From positions 22,258,001 to 22,322,000 of the forward strand of contig CM075985.1 in assembly GCA_038087875.1 (NCBI GenBank): DNA of 64,000 nt. Direction: 5' to 3'. The stretch comes from Malacoraja senta. Its lineage: Eukaryota. The notes under the pieces are model-generated. The model did not search any database. It was not told where the DNA came from and saw only the letters and a list, made by a program, of their open reading frames with translations. The position numbers and the translations under genes are program-made. This document shows, piece by piece, positions 1 to 11,582 of the stretch; position 1 is the stretch's first letter; every line of letters starts with the position of its first letter.

Positions 1-1875
1 TAAGCATCTTTTATACTCTTGTTTCTATGTCTGAATTGAATGCACTGAAATTCCATAGAAATTAAATTTCTTATAGAATTGGCCTGTGTTTGTAAGCTTC
101 ATTTGCACCAACCAAATTAAGTGAATGAAATATGGCAAGTTGAAACACACTGGAAATTTGAGATGGCCATCCTTTTTGGGTCAATATGGTATTTTTGTTT
201 TAACGTTTGCCAGTTTATAAACCTGTTCAAGCATGAACAGCGTTGCAGATATGAATTATGCTGATTATAAATGTATAGTTCTGAAATTGTATATGAATTA
301 AAAGTTAACAGCCTACATAATTAACGGCTGTCAGTTGTCAGCAGCAGTTTGTTTAATTTTAATTTCATGGGGCAAAGGTTTAGAAGGAGGAAAATAACTT
401 AATGTGTGCAAAGATTTATTTTACTAGGAATCGCGTGCCTCGTCAAAATTGCTTATTAGCCTTTAACTGGTCTCTTTTGTGAAAAGTTCTTTCAATCTCT
501 CTTGGAGAACAGGCCCCTAACATTTTTTACTGTTATATGGCCTAAGTCATGTGTCAAGTCTTTAATCTTTTGCAATCTTCAGCTGCTAGTTATTTTTTTT
601 CGTTAATGGCAAGACAACCTAAAAGAAGCAGTATCTCACAGTACTCTGGGATTCCATCAACTCTGCCCAGCTGGATTCCAATGATGTCTCATGCAATGAA
701 ATAAGATATCTCTTTGTGGTGTCTCAATAACATTTTGTTTAAACTACAAGCATGCTACATTCCAGCTATAGGTTCCCTTAAGACCCACTTGAGCTGAGGA
801 CAATGCAGCCATCCAGAGCTCGGGACTAGCCTCCTTTTCTCACTCAGTGCTTCATTGTTTCCCACTGCCAAGGAGACTTCTTTCGGGTCTGATTTGTCAA
901 AATGTCTTGGAGGAATCCAGCTGCTTTCTGTAAGGAATGCAAGCAGGAAGAAGCAATTGCTTACCCCGCTCTCCCCCCTCGACAGAAAGCTTTCATTTAG
1001 GAGGCCCTGTGTCTGAGAGGCTCTGTAACACTGAGCACTTGATGAGTCTGTGTCATTCAGCTCACAGTTCTACAATCATAGCTCACATCTCGGAGTAATG
1101 CTTCCTGCTTCGTATATGCTGGAAATGTGGATATGATCTCATTTGCAAAGCATTTGATCTGGTGTGCCCTTCTCGTGACTTAACTCAGATAGTTCCACTG
1201 AAATTAAGTAGCCTACAGTTTTTTTCTGACAATGGTCAGTCAACATAACCACGCAGGATAAAATATAGAAAAGAAAATGTGCTCAGACATCTTTTCTAAA
1301 GCGAGATCATTTGAAAAACACTCACATTAAATACAATTTCAGCATATTAAACATAACCTTTCACATCTTATTCAGATTATACAGTTGAAACCACAGTAAC
1401 AACTTTAGATTGTTTCATTCTTAGCTTCCAACGAACATAGGAGAAGGGTAACGTTAGTCGAATTCCTTGCCAGTCAACAACTGTAATTGCTTCCTGCCGA
1501 TCTTGGGAATGTGATTCAAACCGTTAGCTTTGATCAGAACTTATTATCGATGAAGAATGCTTGTCACGCAGTGTTGACAGTGCTTTTATTAATGTCTAAG
1601 CCAGAAAGGTTGACGATTGCATTGAATCAGAACTGATCAATTGTTTTAAAACATATCAAGCATATCAAAAATTAACGCCATCCTACAGTCAATTATAAAA
1701 TGAATTAAATTAGAATGGGTGTTTGCTTTTAACAGGAGCATCTTTGTGATAACCACGTTACTAATAACTTCAATACATATAAAAATGCCATGTAATGTTT
1801 GGCAAACATGTAATTGCTTTTTTTCACTGTAGTATCTAAGGTAGACTTTATTTTCTATGTGTTTATTCTTTATTT

Positions 1876-2130
1876 GAACATAGAACATAGAACAGTACAG
1901 CACAAGAACTGGCCCTTCGGCCCAAAATGTCTGTGCCGAACATGATGCCCAGACCATCATTTATCTACCTGCACATAAGCCATGTCCCTCCATTCCCTGC
2001 ATATCCATCAGACACACAGCTCCTTTGTCTCTCATCTTAAAGTTATGCCTCTAGTATTTTTCATTTTTCCATCCTGGGAAAAGCATTCTGACTGTCCACC
2101 CTATCTATGCCCCCGATCATTTATTGTCTC
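1876..2130 (-). mobile_element. CR1 LINE 3' end fragment
   Basis: (AACATAG)n tail at 1877-1895 followed by sequence matching, in reverse, the 3' UTR/ORF2 end of other CR1 copies in the window. Confidence 0.7.
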
Positions 2131-2364
2131 CTTTCTTTATATCCCTCAAAGTCCGTGTCTTATTCTAACCTCTTAAACCTCTTCTGCTTCATTGAATAAA
2201 GTATAATTGATGAGAAGCTCTATCATGCAAAATATCTCAGGACTAGAAATATTTAATATGAACAAATTAGTCTGAATATGTAAGTATATCGGGTCTACAT
2301 TTTTTTTACAAAATGTATCAATAATTATCGCTTGATTTATATATGGGTATGATTACATGAAATT

Positions 2365-2556
2365 NNNNNNNNNNNNNNNNNNNNNNNNNNNNNNNNNNNN
2401 NNNNNNNNNNNNNNNNNNNNNNNNNNNNNNNNNNNNNNNNNNNNNNNNNNNNNNNNNNNNNNNNNNNNNNNNNNNNNNNNNNNNNNNNNNNNNNNNNNNN
2501 NNNNNNNNNNNNNNNNNNNNNNNNNNNNNNNNNNNNNNNNNNNNNNNNNNNNNNNN
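2365..2556. other. Assembly gap (N run)
   Basis: Run of N. Confidence 1.
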
Positions 2557-3390
2557 AAAACTCTGTGGCTGCCATCCGTCCATCCGTCCGTCCGCCTGCT
2601 TGACTTGTGCCACCCAGCCCCTTTGATACCGCCCTACGCCCACACCGCACGCAGAAACGCCGATATTGTTTTCAATTTCGAAAGAGATTTCATTTTTCTT
2701 TACGAATAGCAACTCCTGATTAAATTTCGTCATGTTTATGTACACTTTTTAAAAATAAAATACTTCTCCTCCCCCCACCCCAACATTTCAAAATGTTAAA
2801 CAAACAGCTCTCAGCCATACAATGTTAGTGAAGTTTCAATTGTGTGATGTCACAATGCCCGACCCTCACACATGTCCAATCGGAATGGATCCATTTACAT
2901 ATGCCTTTGCAGCAGCCCCAGCCCCAGCCCCTCCCCCCAACCCCACAGCCTGTGTCGAAGGGCGTCGTCACGTGTGTGGGGGTGATACGGAATGGGGAAA
3001 TTTCAAAATGTTAAAAAAACAGCTCTCAGCAATAGAATGTAAATGAAGGTTCCATTTTGTGATGTCACAATGCCAGATCCTCACAGATGACCAATCGGAA
3101 TGGATCCATTTACATATGCCTTTGCAGCAGCCCCAAGCCCCAGCNNNNNNNNNNNNNNNNNNNNNNNNNNNNNNNNNNNNNNNNNNNNNNNNNNNNNNNN
3201 NNNNNNNNNNNNNNNNNNNNNNNNNNNNNNNNNNNNNNNNNNNNNNNNNNNNNNNNNNNNNNNNNNNNNNNNNNNNNNNNNNNNNNNNNNNNNNNNNNNN
3301 NNNNNNNNNNNNNNNNNNNNNNNNNNNNNNNNNNNNNNNNNNNNCAAGCACTTTCGGGGACCAGACCCAACGGGTCTGCACTTGGTCTAG
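2557..3390 (+). mobile_element. Non-autonomous Helitron, unit I (5' end hidden in gap; second gap 3145-3344)
   Basis: 3' hairpin CAGACCC-AAC-GGGTCTG (3362-3378), then CTAG (3387-3390) followed by T; 5' region homologous to units II, III and V. Confidence 0.8.
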
Positions 3391-6293
3391 TATACTTTTA
3401 AAACTCTCTGGCTGCCGTCCGTCTGTACGTCTGTACGTCTGTACGTCTGTACGTCTGTACGTCTGTACGTACAACGTTCTGCTTGACCTGTCCCGCCTTT
3501 GATACCGCCCTGCGCCCGCGCGGCTCGCGGAAACGCCGATATTTTTTACTGTTTCTAAAGAGGTTACGTTTATCTTTACGAATAGACGATCCTGATTAAA
3601 TTTGGTCGTGTGTACGTACGCTTTTTAAAATAAAATACCTCTCCCCCCCCCCAAACCAAACATTTCAAAATGTTTAAAAAAACAGCTCAGCCGTAGAATG
3701 TTAGTAAAGATTCCGTTGTGTGATGTCACAATGCACAATGGTCACAGATGTCCAATCGGAATGGATCCATTTACATATGCCTTTGCGGCGGGCCCAGCCC
3801 CGGCCCCTCCCCCCCAACCCCCGCAGCATTGGGCATTGTGACATCACAAAACGGAACCTTCATTTACATTCTATTGCTGAGAGCTGTTTGTTTAACATTT
3901 TGAAATGTCCCCATTCCCTATCACCCCCACACGTGGCGACGCCCTGCGACACGTGTGACAAATCGAAATGAATCCGTTTACATATGCCTTGGCAACAGCC
4001 CCAGCCCCAGCCCCTCCCCCCCAACCCCACAGCCTGTGTCGCAGGGCGTCGCCACGTGTGTGGGGGGATAGGGAATGGGGACATTTCAAAATGTTTAAAA
4101 AAACAGCTCTCAGCAATAGAATGTTAATGAAGGTTCCGTTTTGTGATGTCACAATGCCCAATGCTCAAAGATGTCCAATCGGAATGAATCCGTTTACATA
4201 TGCCTTGGCAGCAGCAACAGCACCAGCCCCAGCCCCTCCCCCCCACCCCCACAGCCTGTGTCGAAGGGCGTCGTCACGTGTGTGGCAATAGAGAAAGAGG
4301 ATTGGGGGTGATAGGGAATGGGGTAACAGATGGACTGTCCCTACCCCTCCTACTTCAACTCTCCCTCCCCACTCTTCCCCCTCTCTCCTCTCCCCCTCCC
4401 TCCCCTCCCACACCCTCTCTTCCCCCTCCACCACCCCTCTTCACCCCCATCTCCCCCTACCCCCTTCCCCTCTCTCTTGCACCACTCCCCGCTACCCCTC
4501 TGCCCCTCACTCACCACTCTTCCCCTCTCCCTCCCCCACCTCTATCCCTCCCCCCTCCCTCTCTCCCTCTCTTCCCCCTACTCCTCTCCCCTTCCCCTCA
4601 TCCCCTCTCTCCACCTCTAACATCCCCTCCCCCCTTCCTGCCCTCCCCGCTCTCCTCCCACTCCCCACTCTCCTCCCCGTCCCTCTCCCCCCACCCTGCT
4701 CTCTTCTCCCTCACCAATCTCTCCCCTTTCCTCCTCCCCCTCTCTCCTCCCTCCCCTCCCTCCCCTCTTCTCTCCCCACCCCGTCTCCCTCTCCCCCTCC
4801 CCCCTCTTCTCCCCCAACACCATCGCCACCCTCCACCCTCCCCCACACCTCTCTACCCTTCTCCTCGCCTTACTCACCCCTCTCTCCTCCCCCTCTCCAC
4901 CCCCTTCTCCTCACTCCTCTCCCTCTCATCCCCCTCCTCCTCCCACCCCCATTACTCTCTCCCACATCCCCCTTCCCTCTCTCACCCCGTCCCCTTCCCC
5001 CTACCCCGCTATCCCTCTTCAACCACTCCCCCTGCACCTCTCCCCCTCCCTCTCTTCCACTTCCACCACTCCCCCTACACCTCTCCATCTCCCCATTCTT
5101 CCACTTAACTCCCAAACCCATCCCCACCTCCCTCCACAACCCCCACCCCCACCCCTCTCCCCCCTCCCTTCTCTCTCACTCCCCACTCTTCCACTCTCCC
5201 TCCCCCACCTCTATCCCTCCCCCCTCCTTCTCTCCCTCTCTTCCCCCTACTCCTCTCCCCTTCCCCTCATCCCCTCTCTCCACCTCTAACATCCCCTCCC
5301 CCCCTCTCCTCCCTTCCTGCCCTCCCCGCTCTCCTACCACTCTCCTCCCCCTCCCTCTCCCCCACCCTGCTCTCTTCTCCCTCACCAATTTTCTCCCCTT
5401 TCCTCCTCCCCCTCTCCCCTCCCTCCCCCTCTCCTCTTCTCTCCCCACCCCGTCTTCCTCTCCACCCCTCCCCCCGCCTGTGTTTGGGGGGTGGTTAGTG
5501 TGAGTGTGATGTCGCAGTCCCCCCCCCCCCCGCAAACGCGCGTTGGGAAAACAGCCCGCCAACAGTCTCTCTGTCTTTAAGACAGAACTGCAGATGCTTG
5601 AAAATCAATGGTACACAAAAAAATGCTTCATAACCTCAGCGGGTGCAGCAGCATCTATGTATCAAAAGAAATAGACAACGTTTCGTGAAAACCCGTCTGA
5701 GGATGGGTTTCCGCCAAAAGCATTGCCCATTTCCTTCACTCCATAGATGCTGCTGCACCCGCAGTGTTTCTCGAGTTTTATTGTGTGTACCAGTCTATCT
5801 GTCTCTCCCCTCTCTCTCTCTCTCTGCCCTTCTCTCTTCACAGCCCGCGACTCAACTCATGCACGCCTGCTCCAACCCACCCCCTTCACCTCTCTCCCCA
5901 TCCTCTTCTACCTCTCCAACCCTCTCCTCTCTCACCCTCCTCTCTCCCCACCTTCCTCACCCCCCTTCCTCTCAACCCTCCTCCTCCCCCACCTCACAAT
6001 TTTTTTTTCTAACATTAAATTTTCTCTCTCTGCACCACCCCCCCTCGAGACGTACCTGAGAGGTGAGGGCTATTTGTCAGTGGATAGGGTGGAGATGGAA
6101 TAAAAGAAGAAAATTAAAATATTAATATAATATCAAGGGGTGTGATGAGTGTGTGGGTTTGTGGGTGCCAGATTCACACCCTGCAACCCTGCTTTGGAGG
6201 TACAGACCCAACGGGTGGTTAGTGTGACGTCACAGCCCCCCGCCCCAAACGCACGTTCGGTGTCCAGACCCAACGGGTCTGCACTTGGTCTAG
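3391..6293 (+). mobile_element. Non-autonomous Helitron, unit II
   Basis: Starts TATACTTTTAAAACTC; ends in hairpin 6265-6281 and CTAG 6290-6293; contains (GTCTGTAC)n, ~200-bp subrepeats with a local inversion (~3830-3960), a C/T-rich tract and a Penelope-derived palindrome. Confidence 0.8.
4340..5480. repeat. Polypyrimidine (C/T-rich) low-complexity tract; related tract at ~6800-7520
   Basis: Almost purely C/T on the + strand with internal duplicated blocks. Confidence 0.95.
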
Positions 6294-8317
6294 TATACTT
6301 TTAAAACTCTCTGGCTGCCGTCCGTCTGTACGTCTGTACGTCTGTACGTCTGTACGTCTGTACATCTGTACGTACAACGTTCTGCTTGACCTGTCCCGCC
6401 TTTGATACCGCCCCGTGCCCGCGCGGCGCGCGGAAACGCCGATATTTTTTACCGTTTCTAAAGAGGTTACGTTTATCTTTACGAATAGACGATCCTGATT
6501 AAATTTGGTCGTGTTTAGGTACGCTTTTTAAAATAAAATACCTCTCCCCCCCCCCAAACCAAACATTTCAAAATGTTTAAAAAAACAGCTCAGCCGTAGA
6601 ATGTTAGTAAAGATTCCGTTGTGTGATGTCACAATGCACAATGGTCACAGATGTCCAATCGGAATGGACCAATTTACATATGCCTTGGCAGCAGCCCCAG
6701 CCCCTCCCCCCCACCCCCGCAGCCTGTGTCGAAGTGCGTCGCCACGTGTGTGGGAATAGAGAAAGATGATTGGGGGTGATAGGGAATGGGGAACAGATGG
6801 ACTGTCCCTACCCCTCTTACTTCCACTCTCCCTCCCCCTCCTCTCTCCTCTCCCCCTCCCTCTCTTCCCCCTACTCCTCTCCCCTTCCCCTCATCCCCTC
6901 TCTCCACCTCTAACATCCTCTCCCCCCTTCCTGCCCTCCCCGCTCTCCTACCACTCCCCACTCTCCTCCCCCTCCCTCTCCCCCACCCTGCTCTCTTCTC
7001 ACTCACCAATCTCTCCCCTTTCCTCCTCCCCCTCTCCTCTTCTCTCCCCACCCCGACTGTCCCTACCCCTCCTACTTCCACTCTCCCTCCCCACTCTTCC
7101 CCCTCTCTCCTCTCCCCCTCCCTCCCCTCCCAAACCCTCTCTTACCCCTCCACCCCCCTCTTCACCCCCATCTCCCCCCACCCCCTTCCACTCTCTCTTG
7201 CACCACTCCCCGCAACCACTCACTCCCAACTCTTCCCCTCTCCCTCCCCCACCTCTCTCCCTCCCCCTCCCTCTCTCCCTCTCTTCCACCTACTCCTCTC
7301 CCCTTCCCCTCATCCCCCCTCTCCACCTCTAACATCCCCTCCCCCCCCTCTCCCCCCTTCCTGCCCTCCACGCTCTCCTCCTAACTCACCACTCTCCTCC
7401 CCATCCCTCTCCCCCACCCTACTCTCTTCAACCTCACCAATCTCTCCCCTTTCCTCCTCGCCCTCTACCCTCCCTCCCCCTCTCCTCTTCTCTCCACACC
7501 CCGTCTTCCTCTCCCCTTCCCCCCGAGTGTGTTTGCGGGGTGGTTAGTGTGTGTGATGCCGCAGCACCCCCCCCCCCCTTCCCGCAAACGCGCGTTGGGA
7601 AAACAGCCCACCAACAGTCTCTCTGTCTTTAACACGGAACTGCAGATGCTGGAAAATCAAAGATACACAAAAAAAAGCGGTATAACATCAGCGGGTGCAG
7701 CAGCATCTATGGATCGAAGGAAATAGGAAACGTTTCAGGTTAAAAAAAAAACCTGAGGATGGGCTTCGGCCCAAAGCTTTGCCTATTTCATTCGCTCCAT
7801 AGATGCTGCTGCACCCGCTGTGTTTCTCCAGCTTTTTTTTGTGTACCAGTCTCTCTGTCTCTCCCATCTCTCTCTCTCTCTCTCTGCCCTTCTCTCTTCA
7901 CAGCCCGCGGCTCGACTCATGCACGCCCGTTCCAAACACCCCCTTCACCTTTCTCCCCCATCGTCTCCTTCCTCTCTCCACCACTCTCCTCTCTCCCCCT
8001 CCTCTCTCCCCACCTTTATCTCCCTCCTCCTCCATCCCTCTTCAAATTTTTAACATTAAATTTTGTCTCTCTGCCACCCCCCCTCTAGAAGCACCTGAGA
8101 GGTGAGGGCTATTCATCAGTGGATAGGGTGGAGATGGGATAAAAGAATCAAATTTTAAAATTAATGTAATATCAAGGGGTGTGATGAGTGTGTGTGTTTG
8201 TGGATGGAGGATTCCGTGCATTGGAGGAAAGGGGGTGGTTAGTGTGACGCAACAGCCCCTCCCCCCCCGCAAACGCACATTCGGTGTCCAGACCCAACGG
8301 GTCTGCACTTGGTCTAG
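6294..8317 (+). mobile_element. Non-autonomous Helitron, unit III
   Basis: Near-identical 5' end to unit II; same hairpin followed by CTAG 8314-8317. Confidence 0.8.
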
Positions 8318-9514
8318 TATACTATTAAAAGTCTCGACTTGTTTGTCCGTCTGTGATCTCAGGAGCTACGCCAAAACGGTACACAATAGCGTAAATTTTT
8401 TTGCAGAATCTTACTCAGCTTTTTCCCGTGGTCATTCATATCAAGTTTCTTCACATTTTATGTTATATTTCACATTATTGACATTCCAAGGTTGAAACAA
8501 ATCCACTTTAACAAGATTTTAAAGGCTCTGTCTTACCTGTTTGCGGTCATCGGCGGTGAAGCGCGGCGTCGCCGGTAGCAAGGACCGCGCGACAACGGCG
8601 AGAGCGTCGAGCCTATCCACCGGAGCGCCGCACGGATGCTGCGCGGGGGCCGAGTTAATTCAAACACGGCGGGTCCCACGTGCTTGCGGTGAGTAAATAA
8701 ACGGGCGGGCCGACTGCGATGACGTCGGCCCGCCGCACGTGACTCACCAGCGGCGGCTGTGGCAGTGGAGGTTTGACGCACGGCGCTCGAGCCATACTGG
8801 CGGCGTCCGTGCGAGCGGCCGTGCCTCACTGGCGGCGGCACGTGCCTCACTGGCGGAGGCTGTGGCAGTGGAGGTTTGACGCACGGCACTCGAGCCATAC
8901 TGGCGGCGGCCCGTGCGAGCGGCCATGCCGCACTCGTGCATCACTGGTGGAGGTTGTGCGGTGAGTATTTAGTTTTGGACATTGTCGATTTTATTTTAGC
9001 ACCGCGCGGTGTTGGGAACACCGCCGCACGGCCCGGGAATTGTACTTTCTCACGAGTGCGTGGTCTATGGCGGCAGATTCTTCCCGTTTCGCCGTCATAG
9101 ACCGCAGACTCGTGAGATAGGCCTTTTACTCTTAGAATCCTTCCTGCCAGCTTCCAACAAACTTCAATACAAAGTTGCAATACAGGAACACTGTGTTTCC
9201 ACCAACTTTTCACCTGAATGGGATATCACAGTCCTCCACCTGACATTTGCAACAATGTTGCCATCATACAGCACTTACTCCAGCTCCTTGCAGGACAGGA
9301 GGGGAGGGTGAATTGGGGAAATGCAATTGGATTTTTTTTTAAACTCCAGTGCTGTGGAGGCAGGGGAGTGTTGGAATCTTATGTTCGGCAATGGGGGACC
9401 ACACCTCCCATGGGGGCTCCGGGTTAGTGGTGCAATACTGCATTGGGGAACGGGTTGCATCCGGGGACCAGGCCTCCCGTGTGACAGGGACCTGACAAGT
9501 CCCAGTTAGTCTAG
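8318..9514 (+). mobile_element. Non-autonomous Helitron, unit IV (different subfamily)
   Basis: Starts TATACTATTAAAAGTC (compare intact TCTATATAATTAAAAGTC at 43711); ends GGGAC..GTCCC hairpin and CTAG 9511-9514; GC-rich core with ~100-bp tandem duplication at ~8750-8950. Confidence 0.7.
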
Positions 9515-9528
9515 TATCTATCTATCTA

Positions 9529-10016
9529 TCTATATACTTTTAAAACTCTCTGGCTGTCGTCCGTCTGTACGTCTGTACGTCTGTACGTCTGTACGTCTGT
9601 ACGTCCGTACGCCGCCTTTGATACCGCCCCTGGCCCACACAGCGCGCGGAAAGGCCCATATTTTTTACCATTTCCAAAGAGATTACATTTATCTTTACGA
9701 ATAGCCACTCCTGATTAAATTCGGTCCTGTTTATGTACACGTTTTTTTAAATAAAATCCATCCCCCCCCCACCCCCATGTGATTTTCTCCAATTGTCTCC
9801 GATTTTCTCAGAAAACGACGCCATCTTTTTTTCTCCGATTTTCTCCGAAAACGACGCCATCTTTTTTTCGCCGATTTTCTCCGATTTTTTCCGAAAACGA
9901 CGCCATCTTTTTTTCAGCAGATTTTCACCCCGGGGTCTGAAGCACGTTCGGGAACAACACCCCAGGGTGTCAAGCACTTTCGGGGACCAGACCCAACGGG
10001 TCTGCACTTGGTCTAG
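9529..10016 (+). mobile_element. Non-autonomous Helitron, unit V (complete TC...CTAG)
   Basis: TCTATATACTTTTAAAACTC start preceded by a (TCTA)n run; ~35-bp internal repeats 9795-9915; hairpin followed by CTAG 10013-10016. Confidence 0.8.
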
Positions 10017-10562
10017 TATATTACTAAAACTCTCATCTTGTTTGTTCGTTCCCGAAACTCCACAGAAATGGTACACAATAGTGCAACAATTTTAGGCCCA
10101 CCTTACTCACCATTGTCCTGCGATGTGCATTAAACAAGATTCATTCAGATTGATGTTATATTTTACAAGCTCCCACTTGCCAGCCATGCCTGTGCAGTTG
10201 GGGGAGGGTTGCCATGCGCATCACAACAGGGATCTCTGGCATCTCAACGGGAACCTCTCAGCCGCGCCTGCGCAGTTGGGACTTTTGCCGATTTTCAGTT
10301 CGCCTTTTTTTTTTCAAGTGTATTTGCCTGACCTCACAACGGGGACCCAACGACTCCACGGGTAAGTTTCCTACTATTTTACAAATGCCTCCATGGGTCC
10401 TCTATTCACTTTATTAACTTTAACTTAATTTCTGCCGCAAACGGCACAACTTTGAACGTGGCAGTAGTGCCTATGCAGTGCGGGTCCATCAGCAGCACCC
10501 ATGCAGTTTGGTGGAATACTGTGCTGGGGGAACGGAACCCAACGGGTCCACGCTTGGTCTAG
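10017..10562 (+). mobile_element. Non-autonomous Helitron, unit VI
   Basis: Starts TATATTACTAAAACTC; ends GGAACCC-AAC-GGGTCC and CTAG 10559-10562 followed by T. Confidence 0.7.
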
Positions 10563-10624
10563 TTATAATTAAAACGGGTTTTGTAATTACTTATAAAGAA
10601 TTGGGCACAACTATAGAGAACAGG

Positions 10625-11582
10625 TCGGTGGTGCAACAGTAGAGTTGCTGCCTCAAGGGCCTGTCCCACTTGGCCGTCATTTGCACCTCATTTACGTGTC
10701 ATATGTAAAATAGGTCGACGCGTCGTGATGCACGACGTCGCGTGCAAATCACGCATCAGCACAGCCGTCTGGTGCGTGTGACGTCATTAGAATACCCTGC
10801 AGCGCGCGGCAACGCATGGTTACGGATGTCGATGCACGGCGACATAACCATGCGTCACCACGCGATACACGTGAGACGTCGGGACGCCAGCTTGTGACGC
10901 CAATGCGTCAGCGTGCGTACGCGATACGTCACTCAGGTGGCGTGCGAGGATTTTGATACCGTGCACCACCGCATGTGATACCACGCGCCACCGTATGCGA
11001 TACCGCGTGCCACCGCATGTGATTCCATGCCGCACCATGCGCAATACGTGCGTCACCCACGCGCACCTCACGCATCACGACTCGTCGACCTATTTTACAT
11101 ATGAAGCGTAAATGAGGCGCAAATGACGGCCACGTGGGACAGGCCCTTTACAGTAGCAGCCCCAGACATCCAGGTTCGATCCTGACTATGGGTGCTGTCT
11201 GTATGGAGTTGGACGTTCTTCCCGTAATCACGTGGGTTATCTCGCGGGTGGAGACGGAGGAGAGAGAGAAGGGGAAGAGAAGCGAGAGAGAGGGGGGTTG
11301 GGGAGAGAAGGGGGGAGAGAAGGGGGAGAGAGAGAAGGGAGGGGAAGAGAGAGGAGGAGAGAGAGGTGCTCTCTGTATGGAGTTTGTACATTCTCCCTGT
11401 TTTTTTCTGGGTGCTCTGGTTTTCTCCCACAAATTCAAAGACGTACAGATTTGTAGGTAAATTGGGTTCTGTAAATTGTCTGTAGTCAGTTGGATAGAAC
11501 TAGTCTATGGGTGAACCTTCTGGTCGGCACAGACTCAGAGGGCTGAAGGGCCTGTTTCTATGCTGTTACTATAAACTAAACT
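10625..11582 (+). mobile_element. tRNA-derived HE1/V-SINE-like SINE, interrupted by a MITE and a GA-rich insert
   Basis: A-box-like GGTGGTGCAACAGTAGAG, B-box GGTTCGATCC, V-domain-like core, CR1-like 3' end and (TAAAC)n tail. Confidence 0.75.
10656..11147. mobile_element. PIF/Harbinger-like MITE
   Basis: Long (~75-bp) TIRs AGGGCCTGTCCCAC.../...GTGGGACAGGCCCT; 3-bp flanks TCA/TTA in a host SINE whose other copies read GCC-TTA-CAG. Confidence 0.8.

Noticed and set aside
4165-7547. Long Pro/Leu/Ser-rich and Gly/Glu/Arg-rich ORFs
   Set aside because: Artefacts of stop-poor C/T low-complexity tracts inside Helitrons
2557-10562. Autonomous Helitron (RepHel)
   Set aside because: No HUH Rep or PIF1 helicase motifs in any listed ORF; gaps are too small as sized
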